Assembly (NCBI GenBank): GCA_016867375.1
Contig: VGJQ01000002.1
Coordinates: 368 to 64,367 of the forward strand
DNA: 64,000 bases
Direction of reading: 5' to 3'
From: Candidatus Kaiserbacteria bacterium
Lineage (GTDB): Bacteria; Patescibacteriota; Minisyncoccia; Phycocordibacterales; UBA2100
Position 1 is the stretch's first letter; every line of letters starts with the position of its first letter. Positions 8,594 to 17,343 of this stretch are shown here, in pieces. A program made the translations under genes and the position numbers. The notes under the pieces were generated by a model that worked only from the letters and a program-made list of their open reading frames with translations, was not told where the DNA came from and did no database searches.

Positions 8594-8866
8594 TTGCATT
8601 TCTTCTCTATTGGCTATACCCTAATCACTATCCATATGACTCTTGATGCAGTAATAATGCTCGTCGGCGCCATCGTCGCTATCCTGCCTTTCCTAGGTTT
8701 CCCGAGTAGCTGGGATTCCGTCTTGTACTTTATCCTCGGCGTGATCGTCATCGCGCTTGGGATCGTCGTCCGTCGCCGCAGCGCACATACGACGTCCGAT
8801 GCCAAACGTGTGTCTGCCAAAGACACCTACGTCGAGGCTGTCCCGTCCTCACGCGATATCACATAA
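8594..8866 (+). CDS. Hypothetical small membrane protein (90 aa)
   Basis: Two hydrophobic helices then a charged tail; upstream of the TraD-like gene. Confidence 0.45.
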   Translation: MHFFSIGYTLITIHMTLDAVIMLVGAIVAILPFLGFPSSWDSVLYFILGVIVIALGIVVRRRSAHTTSDAKRVSAKDTYVEAVPSSRDIT

Positions 8867-8976
8867 GGGTTCACCCACACACAACGCACCCGCTGTGCGT
8901 GGCGGCCACCTATAGGCTCGTTCATTTTGTGTTGTGTTGGTGGAAAAAATCTCGCTTTGCGGGGTATACTAGTAGT

Positions 8977-11166
8977 ATGTCGTCCGACCAGAAAAACGAC
9001 GATCGCCGGATCACCTATTTCGCCGCCACGCACACGCGCGGCAAGCGAGAGATGTTTGGTATCCGTGCGATTGATCGCGGCAAGCACATGTACGTGATCG
9101 GCAAGACGGGTATGGGCAAATCGACCATGCTCGAAAACATGGCGATCCAAGACATCCAAAATGGCGAAGGGATTGCCTATATCGACCCACATGGTTCGAC
9201 GGCCGACAAGCTTCTCGATTTCGTCCCATACGATCGCATCAAAGATGTCGTCTACTTCGCGCCGTTTGACGTCGATCATCCGCTCGGATTCAACGTGATG
9301 GAAGACGTCGGCTACGACAAGCGGCATCTCGTGGTTTCCGGCCTCATGGGGGCACTCAAGCGCATCTGGGTCGATGCGTGGAGTGCGCGCATGGAATACA
9401 TCCTGCAGAATACGCTCCTGGCGCTTCTCGAATACCCCGGCTCCAATCTTCTCGACGTCAATCGCATGCTTACCAACAAAACGTTCCGTACCGTAGTGGT
9501 CGAGAAGATCACCGACCCGATCGTGCGTGCATTTTGGACGGAAGAGTTTGCCAACTTCACCGACACCTATACGCGCGAGGCGACGCCAGCTATTCAAAAC
9601 AAAATCGGCCAGTTCACCGCTAATCCGCTCATACGCAACATCGTCGGCCAGTCGCACTCATCGTTTGATCTGCGCAAGATCATGGATGAGAAAAAGATAT
9701 TCATCGTAAATCTCTCAAAAGGCCGCATGGGCGAATCCAATGCATCGCTCTTGGGCTCGATGCTCACAGTCAAGATCTATCTCGCGGCGATGAGCCGCGC
9801 CGACGAGCCGCCCGCGCGCATGGCGCGGCTGCCGCGCTGTTATTTCTACGTGGACGAATTCCAGTCGATGATGAACGAAGCCTTCGCCGACATCCTCTCC
9901 GAATCGCGCAAATACAAGCTCGCGCTCACGCTCGCCAATCAGTACATCGAACAGATGGAAGAAAATGTCCGCGACGCCGTCTTCGGCAACGTCGGCACCT
10001 TGATCACATTTCGCGTGGGGCCGTTTGACGCCGAGACCCTAAAGACGGTATTTGAGCCGACCTTTACCGCCGAAGATTTGGTGGGCCTCGGTATCGGCGA
10101 AATATACCTCACACTCATGATCGACGGTGTGGGATCGGCGCCGTTTTCTGCGCAGACGATCCCGCCGATCGAAGCGCCCAACATCTCGTACCGCGAAGAT
10201 GTGATCACCCATTCACGCGAACACTACGGACGTCCGCGGCCCGAAGTCGAAAAAGCGATCACTGAGCGCCAGCGCGAGTTCATCCCGCCGCCACCCGAGC
10301 CCAAGAAAAAGCGCGAGTACGGCCGGCCAGGCGGTGGAAGCGGCATGATGGGCGGTGGCGGTGGCGGCGGAGGAGGCCCGTTTGGGCAGCCGCGCTCCAA
10401 CAATTTCAACAATACGCATACGCAGCAACAGGGCGGCCATGGTGCACCAGTGCGCGATGGCGGAGGATTTGCACCGCGTCCATCGATTCTCCCGCCACAT
10501 GTCGCGGCACAGGTACAGACACAGACACAGACACAGACGCAAGCCGAACCTTCTGCGCGAGAGAGTGTACAACAAACATCGTCCCCGTCTCCTGCGCGAG
10601 AGCATGTGCCACCGCTGGTACACGCGCGTACGTCGTCGCCTGTCGCTCCTGTGCGCCCGTACGCCGAGCAGTCGCGCGGACACTTCGTCCCTGCTGCGCG
10701 CAAAGACCCGAGCGATCCGCGCGATGCGCTTCGTGCTGCAATCAGTACCGCACGGAAAGCCGAAGAAGAGCATAACCGCCCAAAACCTGCCGAACGTTCT
10801 CCTCTCGACATCTTGCATGAGCGGAAGAAGACGCATGACACTCCCTCAAAGCATGAGGTTCCCCCAAAGCCTGAACGCGACGAGCGCCGATTTTCCCATG
10901 ATGTACGCGATAATCGCCCGTATCAGCATACGAATGATCAGCCGCCACGCGCGCATTATGCGAATGTACCGAAACCTTCGTATGGAGAGAGGGCCGACAG
11001 TGCTGGCATGGCGACGCCTACACACTCACAGGGATCATCTCCCGGCCCACGTCCGCAAGCGCGCCAAGAGACACCTCAAAAAGACTATAGTGATGGCACG
11101 GGTGAGATATCTCATGAGGTGCTCAGGAGTGTACTACGGCAGGATGATCGTGAGGGAGGGATGTGA
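8977..11166 (+). CDS. TraD/TrwB/VirD4-family P-loop ATPase (type IV coupling-protein-like, TrwB_AAD_bind-type) with a ~300-aa low-complexity Gly/Gln/Pro-rich C-terminal tail
   Basis: HMYVIGKTGMGKST Walker A, IAYIDPHGS, FYVDEFQSM Walker-B-like. Paralogous to 50440-53205. Start could be 8899. Confidence 0.75.
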   Translation: MSSDQKNDDRRITYFAATHTRGKREMFGIRAIDRGKHMYVIGKTGMGKSTMLENMAIQDIQNGEGIAYIDPHGSTADKLLDFVPYDRIKDVVYFAPFDVDHPLGFNVMEDVGYDKRHLVVSGLMGALKRIWVDAWSARMEYILQNTLLALLEYPGSNLLDVNRMLTNKTFRTVVVEKITDPIVRAFWTEEFANFTDTYTREATPAIQNKIGQFTANPLIRNIVGQSHSSFDLRKIMDEKKIFIVNLSKGRMGESNASLLGSMLTVKIYLAAMSRADEPPARMARLPRCYFYVDEFQSMMNEAFADILSESRKYKLALTLANQYIEQMEENVRDAVFGNVGTLITFRVGPFDAETLKTVFEPTFTAEDLVGLGIGEIYLTLMIDGVGSAPFSAQTIPPIEAPNISYREDVITHSREHYGRPRPEVEKAITERQREFIPPPPEPKKKREYGRPGGGSGMMGGGGGGGGGPFGQPRSNNFNNTHTQQQGGHGAPVRDGGGFAPRPSILPPHVAAQVQTQTQTQTQAEPSARESVQQTSSPSPAREHVPPLVHARTSSPVAPVRPYAEQSRGHFVPAARKDPSDPRDALRAAISTARKAEEEHNRPKPAERSPLDILHERKKTHDTPSKHEVPPKPERDERRFSHDVRDNRPYQHTNDQPPRAHYANVPKPSYGERADSAGMATPTHSQGSSPGPRPQARQETPQKDYSDGTGEISHEVLRSVLRQDDREGGM
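10516..10539. repeat. (CAGACA)4 hexanucleotide microsatellite inside the TraD-like tail (encodes QTQTQTQT)
   Basis: Read directly; in-frame unit of two codons. Confidence 0.8.
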
Positions 11167-11222
11167 GAGGGTGCGGCGCGGGCGCATTGATGCGCCCGCG
11201 CCGCATATGCTATGGTAGCCTC

Positions 11223-11924
11223 ATGACACGGGGTCTCATACTCACCATACTGGGGTGTTTCTTGCCGCTTATGGTATCGGCGCAGATCACCATCACCGAT
11301 ATCGTCTATGATCCGCCGGGTGCTGATACGGGGCGCGAATGGGTCGGTATCACCAATACGGGTACCTCGTCGGTACGCGTGTCCGATTTCAAAGTGCGTA
11401 CTCGCAGCGGTGTCAATCACAAGATCACGCCTTTGTCGGGAGTCGACACGATCGCTCCCGGCGAGCGTGCGGCGATCGTCCAGGATGCGACGCTTTTTTC
11501 CGCAGACAACGCCTCTTTCTCGGGGACACTCTTTCGTGCGTCGTTTACGCTCACCAACAAAGGCGGCACAGTCGAGATCGCAGACAAGACAGGCGCTATC
11601 GTCGCGACCAAATCATATCAGGTGCCGCCTCCTGCGCCGCGCCCGACAGCGCAAAAATCTGCGCGGCCGAAAGCGGCTGCGCAGACGATAGAAGAGATAT
11701 CGACCGCTCTTCCAGCAGACGAAAATGAGGAGACGCGAGAAAGAAAGCTACACGAAAAACCTCAATCTGCGGCGTTTACGGCGAGTGCGGTTTCCGCATC
11801 ATCGACCGTGCTATGGCTTGCCGCTGTCGTGGCGATCGCAGGATTCGCATTTCTCGCCGTGTTTGCCGCGCGCCGCGTGGCAAAAGGGGAGTGGGAGATC
11901 GTAGAAGAAAAAGAAGGGGATTGA
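11223..11924 (+). CDS. Lamin-tail-domain (LTD) surface protein with signal peptide, Pro-rich linker and C-terminal TM anchor
   Basis: ITDIVYDPPGADTGREWVGITNTGTSSVRVSDF..GGTVEI matches the LTD beta-sandwich signature. N-terminal signal and C-terminal hydrophobic helix. Confidence 0.65.
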   Translation: MTRGLILTILGCFLPLMVSAQITITDIVYDPPGADTGREWVGITNTGTSSVRVSDFKVRTRSGVNHKITPLSGVDTIAPGERAAIVQDATLFSADNASFSGTLFRASFTLTNKGGTVEIADKTGAIVATKSYQVPPPAPRPTAQKSARPKAAAQTIEEISTALPADENEETRERKLHEKPQSAAFTASAVSASSTVLWLAAVVAIAGFAFLAVFAARRVAKGEWEIVEEKEGD

Positions 11925-11978
11925 TGTATGTAAGAGCTGTGCACACCACGGGGTCTTTGCGGCATATATAATGTACCT

Positions 11979-13532
11979 ATGCACTCAGGAGAAGACTCGC
12001 GGCCAATTGTCGAGCAGCTGCGCGCAGAGGGGATGGACGATACGGTCATTCGGGCGCGTATGGAGCTTGAAGGATGGGATGAAGCAGATATCAAAGCTGC
12101 CTTTCAAGCGCTGCCCACGCCAGATCATCACGCGGCAAAGACATCGACACATCACCATCGGCGGACCAGGCGTCGCCGACACACTGTGACAGCTGCCATC
12201 GCCGCGATCGCGTTTTTCGGCGTCGGCATGTTTGGCGGTTTTACCTTCCATACGCCGCCGGTCTACTCGATATCCCTTCCACCGCTTTCAGGAGCGACGT
12301 CCACGGTACCCGAGCTTACCTATGGCGCTTTACCTGCGCTCGTCGATCCTGAATACTATGCAGACGTGAAAAATGCGCTCATCGTCGGACGCGCCGATTT
12401 CATCACTGCCGATCTGACCCACATGCAGCTGGATGTCTACCAGGCGGGGCTGGTCGCGCATACGGCGCCGATCATCGCCAAAGGCAAAGTCGGTTCGTGG
12501 TGGGAGACGCCGGTCGGGATTTACAAGATCGAGACGAAAGAAAAAGATCACTACTCGACCTTTAGTAAAGTGCATATGCCATGGAGCATGCAATTCCAAG
12601 GCAATTTCTTCATCCATGGCTTGCCTTATTACAGCGATGGGACGCCAGTCTCATCATCGTACTCGGGAGGCTGTATCCGTCTTTCGACTGAAGACACCGA
12701 AGAGGTCTTTCATCTCGCGTATGTCGGGATGCCGGTCATCGTCTACAAAGAATCCGATGAAGTGTCTACCTTCTCGTATCGATTCAGGACGCCACGCGTG
12801 GCTGCGACCGAATACCTCGTCGCCGATGTCAACAATGGCTCAGTGCTTGCGAGCAAAAATGCGAGCTCACTGGTGCCGATCGCTTCGATCACGAAGCTTG
12901 TCACCGCACTTACGGCGACCGAATACATAAACCTCGATCGTGATGTCATGGTGCAGTCGAACGCGCTCGTGTACACGGCGAATCCACGATTGCGCCCCGG
13001 GGACCATAAGCGCGCATACGATCTGCTCTATTTGTTGCTGCAAGAATCATCCAACGAAGCCGCTGAAGTGATCGCTTCGGTGATGGGGCGCGATGAGTTT
13101 GTCGCTTTCATGAACGCAAAAGCGCGTGCGATCGGGCTCACACGCACGACATTCGCCGATCCTTCCGGTGCCAAGAGCGACATGTCGACTCCGGAAGACC
13201 TCTTTACGCTCCTGCGCTACGTTCATGCCAATCGGCGCTTCGTCTTTGGCATTACCGCAGGGACGCTCAAAGATAGCGCATACGGGAATCATTCGTTTGC
13301 AAACATTTCCAACTACAACATCATCAAGAGTCTCCCCGCGTCATACACCTTTGTCGGCGGGAAGGTCGGCCAGACCAATGAGGCGGGAGAGACGTACGCA
13401 GGCGTCTTCTCGGTGCCTATCGGAGGTGTGAGACGCGACATTGCGGTGGTCGTGCTCGGCTCGACCGACGCTTCCAGCGATGTCGTGTCGCTTCTGAAAT
13501 TTGTCTCCTCATCATACGCAGCGGATCAGTAG
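11979..13532 (+). CDS. Bifunctional peptidoglycan enzyme: L,D-transpeptidase (YkuD) domain fused to a serine D-Ala-D-Ala carboxypeptidase (peptidase S11/PBP5-like) domain, with an N-terminal TM anchor
   Basis: YkuD motif HGLPYYSDG..SGGCIRL. S11 motifs SITKL (SxxK), SSNEAAE (SxN) and KVGQT (KTG). Confidence 0.7.
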   Translation: MHSGEDSRPIVEQLRAEGMDDTVIRARMELEGWDEADIKAAFQALPTPDHHAAKTSTHHHRRTRRRRHTVTAAIAAIAFFGVGMFGGFTFHTPPVYSISLPPLSGATSTVPELTYGALPALVDPEYYADVKNALIVGRADFITADLTHMQLDVYQAGLVAHTAPIIAKGKVGSWWETPVGIYKIETKEKDHYSTFSKVHMPWSMQFQGNFFIHGLPYYSDGTPVSSSYSGGCIRLSTEDTEEVFHLAYVGMPVIVYKESDEVSTFSYRFRTPRVAATEYLVADVNNGSVLASKNASSLVPIASITKLVTALTATEYINLDRDVMVQSNALVYTANPRLRPGDHKRAYDLLYLLLQESSNEAAEVIASVMGRDEFVAFMNAKARAIGLTRTTFADPSGAKSDMSTPEDLFTLLRYVHANRRFVFGITAGTLKDSAYGNHSFANISNYNIIKSLPASYTFVGGKVGQTNEAGETYAGVFSVPIGGVRRDIAVVVLGSTDASSDVVSLLKFVSSSYAADQ

Positions 13533-13613
13533 CATGCATGGACAGCCTATAACCCCTTGGGTACGAGGGTCTTTCAGATCGTACCTCTCAGACATACTCA
13601 AGTGTCCACAGCT

Positions 13614-13796
13614 AAGGGCTCGTCCACAAATAACGTACCCATTATTTGTGGACTACACTTATGGGCCCGTTCATTTGGTGTTGAACTTATAAGTGCACAC
13701 TTGCATACATGACCAAAAGTCATGTATGCAGAAGTGAGCCTTATGAACGGGACCTAATATGCTATCTCTACGCTATAGCGCAGAGATAGCATACGT
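13614..13796. repeat. Composite repeat: module A (13614-13688), module C inverted (13691-13744; palindrome TGCATACATGAC-CAAAAG-TCATGTATGCA), then module D palindrome ATGCTATCTCTACGC-TATA-GCGCAGAGATAGCAT (13760-13796)
   Basis: Near-identical modules recur elsewhere (19099, 26484, 27385, 32056, 50251, 58234, 58947). Confidence 0.8.
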
Positions 13797-13850
13797 CATC
13801 AGCATACATATTCTCTTGCGCTGTCCTACCATATCCGCTACTCTGACACT

Positions 13851-14735
13851 ATGGCAGACAAAAAGACAGTCATTGTGACAGGTGGCGCAGGGCTCATCGG
13901 ACCCTATCTGATCGAGCTCTTGCTGCAGAAGGGGTACCGCGTCGTCTCACTCGACAATTACTTCATCGGTACTGAAGCCAACCATATCGAAGGTGCCGAA
14001 TACCACAAAGGCCACACCAAAGATATCGAAGCGATCCTTGGGCACGAGAATCCAGAGATTATCTTCCATCTTGCCGAGTATTCACGCATTAGGCAGAGCT
14101 TCGCTGAGCCCGCATTTGTCTGGGATCTCAATGTGGCAGGCACCTTTGCGGTGCTCGAATACTGGCGCAAGCGTAAGTGCCGCCTGCAATACGCTGCGTC
14201 GAGCACCAAATTCTCGATAGGTGATGTCGGTCGCGATGCCTCGCCCTATGCGTGGATGAAAGCGATCAATGCCGACCTCGTCACCAACTATGGCACATGG
14301 TACGACCTCCCGTATACGATCACCTACTTCTACAATAATTACGGCCGCCGCGAACTCTCGACGGGCGAGTATGCCTCCGTCATCGGCAATTTCAAAACAC
14401 ATTTTCTCAATGGCGAGCCGTTACCCGTGATCGCTCCCGGCACGCAGATGCGCAATTTCACCTTCGCCGGAGACACAGCGCGCGGACTCCTTGAGGCGGG
14501 TGAGCGAGGGCAGGGTGATGGGTATGGCTTTGCCAGCAAAGAATCATTCTCTATTCTTGAGCTCGCGAAGATGTTTGGCGACAATATCGAAATGCAGCCC
14601 GCAGTCCCCGGTGATCGCAAAGCGACGACCGTCGAGACCGAAAAGGCCGAAAAAGAATTCGGCTGGCATGCCGAACGCCACCTCAAAGACTATATAGAAG
14701 ACATCAAAGCCGGCCGCGATTTATCGCGGTGGTAA
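13851..14735 (+). CDS. NAD-dependent epimerase/dehydratase (extended SDR; UDP-sugar 4-epimerase / dTDP-glucose 4,6-dehydratase-like)
   Basis: TGGAGLIG Rossmann motif and catalytic Y..K region (YAWMK). Confidence 0.7.
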   Translation: MADKKTVIVTGGAGLIGPYLIELLLQKGYRVVSLDNYFIGTEANHIEGAEYHKGHTKDIEAILGHENPEIIFHLAEYSRIRQSFAEPAFVWDLNVAGTFAVLEYWRKRKCRLQYAASSTKFSIGDVGRDASPYAWMKAINADLVTNYGTWYDLPYTITYFYNNYGRRELSTGEYASVIGNFKTHFLNGEPLPVIAPGTQMRNFTFAGDTARGLLEAGERGQGDGYGFASKESFSILELAKMFGDNIEMQPAVPGDRKATTVETEKAEKEFGWHAERHLKDYIEDIKAGRDLSRW

Positions 14736-14763
14736 TCTCTCGAAAGGAGTGTGTACATTAACA

Positions 14764-14795
14764 TCTAAAAGCGCCGCGGGAGCAAAACCCGCGGC
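14764..14795. repeat. Hairpin GCGCCGCGGG-AGCAAAA-CCCGCGGCGC; a near-identical copy at 15397-15428 brackets the downstream TA pair
   Basis: 23-nt core GCCGCGGGAGCAAAACCCGCGGC is identical in both copies. Confidence 0.7.
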
Positions 14796-14833
14796 GCTTG
14801 CAAAATACAGAATTTCTGTAATACTGTATTTTT

Positions 14834-15100
14834 ATGAGCACAACGATCAAGGTACAAGAGCGTGGGGTCATTACTTTGCCGAAGCGTTTGCGGGACAAAG
14901 TAGGCATCACGCCCGGTGCAATGTTCGACGTCGAAGAACACGGCGGTACTATTGTCATGAAGCCCGTCTCGCATATTGCACCCGAGATATTACAGGATCT
15001 CAAAAGCGCACTAGAGGATTTGCGCGCAGGAAATTTTATCACATTTTCAACAATTGAAGAGTTCCATAAGAAGCGCCAGGCTAAATGGGGTAAAAAGTAG
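14834..15100 (+). CDS. AbrB/MazE/SpoVT-type (swapped-hairpin) antitoxin
   Basis: VQERGVITLPKRLRDKVGITPG looped-hinge helix motif, 88 aa, 5 nt upstream of a RelE-like ORF. Confidence 0.65.
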   Translation: MSTTIKVQERGVITLPKRLRDKVGITPGAMFDVEEHGGTIVMKPVSHIAPEILQDLKSALEDLRAGNFITFSTIEEFHKKRQAKWGKK

Positions 15101-15105
15101 GGGAT

Positions 15106-15351
15106 ATGCGGATTGGTTTCTCCAAAACTGCCAATGATGATTATAAAAGTCTTTCACCAGCTTTGCGTAAGGCGGCAGATAAACAATTTGTCTATCTCGC
15201 TAAAGATATTCGCCACCCGTCGCTCCATGCGAAGAAATATGATGAGTCGATGGGTATCTGGCAGGCGCGCATCAGTCAATCGTGGCGTTTCTATTTTCTC
15301 ATTCATCGCGACCTGTATTATATAATCAGCATACGGAATCATCCGAAATGA
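15106..15351 (+). CDS. relE: RelE/ParE-family type II toxin
   Basis: GIWQARISQSWRFYFLIHRDLYYIISIRNH matches the RelE C-terminal core (LRVGdYRiiY..vvyil.ighR). Confidence 0.65.
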   Translation: MRIGFSKTANDDYKSLSPALRKAADKQFVYLAKDIRHPSLHAKKYDESMGIWQARISQSWRFYFLIHRDLYYIISIRNHPK

Positions 15352-15396
15352 CCATAAAAGGCCCATGTTTCGCAATGGAGAATAAAATCACTTCGG

Positions 15397-15428
15397 TGCC
15401 GCGGGAGCAAAACCCGCGGCACTTTTCT
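15397..15428. repeat. Hairpin GTGCCGCGGG-AGCAAAA-CCCGCGGCAC + T-tract (second copy of 14764-14795), probable terminator
   Basis: Read directly. Confidence 0.7.
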
Positions 15429-15456
15429 TTTTACCCGCCTTTGCTAGGATAGGGAC

Positions 15457-15834
15457 ATGAAAAAGCAAGGAGATGGTTTTGACCGGATTGAAAAGAAGAT
15501 TGATGCACTTATCGAGTTTTCTGTGTTCGTTAAGAAAAAACTCACAGCGCATGACAAGCGATTTGATTCACACGACAACCAGTTCGAGAAAGTAGTTGAA
15601 ATTATTGAACGTGATTTTGGTGCCGTTGCAGAAGATATTTCGGGACTCGCAACCATAGAGCATGCAATAGTAATTGGTTCGCAGGTGGCAGGTATCGAAC
15701 GCGAACTGCGCGACATCAAACGTGATCTCGTATGTATGGCTGATTCGACGCACAAACACGACAAAGACTTGGCAGAAGCGTTCCGGCGCATTGCAAAATT
15801 GGAGAAACGTCTCGACGCCTTCGCCGGCAAATAG
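15457..15834 (+). CDS. Hypothetical coiled-coil protein (125 aa)
   Basis: Charged, heptad-like composition; no recognisable domain. Confidence 0.45.
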   Translation: MKKQGDGFDRIEKKIDALIEFSVFVKKKLTAHDKRFDSHDNQFEKVVEIIERDFGAVAEDISGLATIEHAIVIGSQVAGIERELRDIKRDLVCMADSTHKHDKDLAEAFRRIAKLEKRLDAFAGK

Positions 15835-15839
15835 TAGGC

Positions 15840-17063
15840 ATGAAACGCATTCTTATTTTTTCGCTCACGTATCATCCTTACATCGGCGGAGCGGAGGTGG
15901 CGATCAAGGAGATCACGGATCGGATCGATTCGTCCCGCTATCAGTTTGATATGATCACCTTGCGTTTCGACCGCAATCTGCCGGCGGTCGAGCGTGTGGG
16001 AAATGTTACCGTGCATCGCATCGGCTTCACTGCCGATGCACCCAAGATTTCCGACCGCCGCATGCCCCTGCAATGCAAGATCGCCAAGATTCTTTTCCCA
16101 TTCACGTCGTTTGTGAAAGCGGTATCGCTTCATCGGGAGCATGCATACGACATGATCTGGGCGATGATGGCCAATTATGCTGCGTTCGGCGCGCTCGCTT
16201 TCAAATACACACATCCACGCGTGCCGTATCTGCTTGAGCTGCAGGATGGCAATTCGCTCGCGCAGGTCAAAGAGCGTCAACCGGTCCTGCGCCTTCTGTG
16301 GCCGCTCTACCGTCGGCTCTACCTGAAGGCCGATGTGATCAAAGCGATCTCACGATTCATCGAGCGGCTCACGCGCGAGGTGGGCTACGCGGGCCCGGTC
16401 GTCGTCATCCCGAATGCGGTGGATACAACGAAGTTTTCCGCACCCGTCCCGCAGGAAAAGCTCGACGAACTGAAAAATCGTTTCGATAAAAAGAAAGGCG
16501 ACACCTTTCTTTTTACTGCATCGCGCCTCGTGCTCTCGCGCGGTGTCGAGGATGTGATACGCGCCTTGCCGCATCTGCCCGTGTATGTGAAGTTTCTCAT
16601 TGCCGGTGATGGACAAGATCGGGAGAAGCTCGAGTCGATCGCGCGCGAGGCGGGCGTGTACGACCGTGTGATATTTGCCGGACATGTCGGACACGACGAG
16701 CTGCCCGCGTATTTCAAAGTGTCGGATATCTTTGTACGTCCGTCGATCATCGAAGGATTTGGCAATGCGTTCGTCGAGGCGTTTGCCGCCGGCATCCCCG
16801 TGGTGGCGACAGAGGTGGGCGGTATCCCGGATTTCCTTTTCGATCCGATCGAAAATCCTGATCACGCGCCGACGGGGATTTTTTGCAAAGTGCGCGATCC
16901 CGAATCGGTCGCGAGTGCGGTACGCCGGTATCTCGATGATCCGGCTCTTGCGCAGCAGATGGTCACAAACGCGCGCGCGCTTGCGATCGAGAAATACGAC
17001 TGGCATACGATTGCAGCGGATATGGAACGGGAGGTATTTGGACCGTTTGGGTCCCGTTCATAA
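15840..17063 (+). CDS. Glycosyltransferase family 4 (GT-B, Glycos_transf_1)
   Basis: C-terminal EGFGNAFVEAFAAGIPVVATEVGGIPD motif typical of GT4 enzymes. Confidence 0.8.
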   Translation: MKRILIFSLTYHPYIGGAEVAIKEITDRIDSSRYQFDMITLRFDRNLPAVERVGNVTVHRIGFTADAPKISDRRMPLQCKIAKILFPFTSFVKAVSLHREHAYDMIWAMMANYAAFGALAFKYTHPRVPYLLELQDGNSLAQVKERQPVLRLLWPLYRRLYLKADVIKAISRFIERLTREVGYAGPVVVIPNAVDTTKFSAPVPQEKLDELKNRFDKKKGDTFLFTASRLVLSRGVEDVIRALPHLPVYVKFLIAGDGQDREKLESIAREAGVYDRVIFAGHVGHDELPAYFKVSDIFVRPSIIEGFGNAFVEAFAAGIPVVATEVGGIPDFLFDPIENPDHAPTGIFCKVRDPESVASAVRRYLDDPALAQQMVTNARALAIEKYDWHTIAADMEREVFGPFGSRS

Positions 17064-17126
17064 TCATTGCCTCTTTCTCACTTTATGATTTAATGACGCC
17101 CAGAAGCAGAAGCATGGGAGGTTGGC

Positions 17127-17258
17127 ATGATGTACATTCTCGGTGTGGTTGCGTTTCTTTTGATCGCGTGCTTCCTCTATCCCGTCACCTATGAGTGGTT
17201 TGGTGAGCGGGAGTCGGATCGTCGGACGGGGGCGTCGTGGCGGAAGAATCTGGAGTGA
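17127..17258 (+). CDS. Possible small membrane peptide (43 aa, single TM)
   Basis: GGGAGG SD-like 7 nt upstream, hydrophobic core, followed by a strong terminator. Too short for the ORF track, so low confidence. Confidence 0.3.
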   Translation: MMYILGVVAFLLIACFLYPVTYEWFGERESDRRTGASWRKNLE

Positions 17259-17272
17259 TCTTGGTCTCTAAT

Positions 17273-17305
17273 GCGGCCGGTCATATGACCGGCCGCCCCT
17301 TTTTC
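17273..17305 (+). terminator. Rho-independent terminator GCGGCCGGTCATATGACCGGCCGC + CCCTTTTTCC
   Basis: Perfect 11-bp stem with a T-tract. Confidence 0.7.
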
Positions 17306-17343
17306 CTAGAAAATGATAAAATGGCAGGGTCAGTGATTCCGAT

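Noticed and set aside
10213-10841. Antisense ORFs of 205-207 aa inside the TraD-like tail, and 51103-52104 (minus) inside the second paralog
   Set aside because: They overlap well-supported forward genes; low-complexity frames from the GC-rich repeat region.
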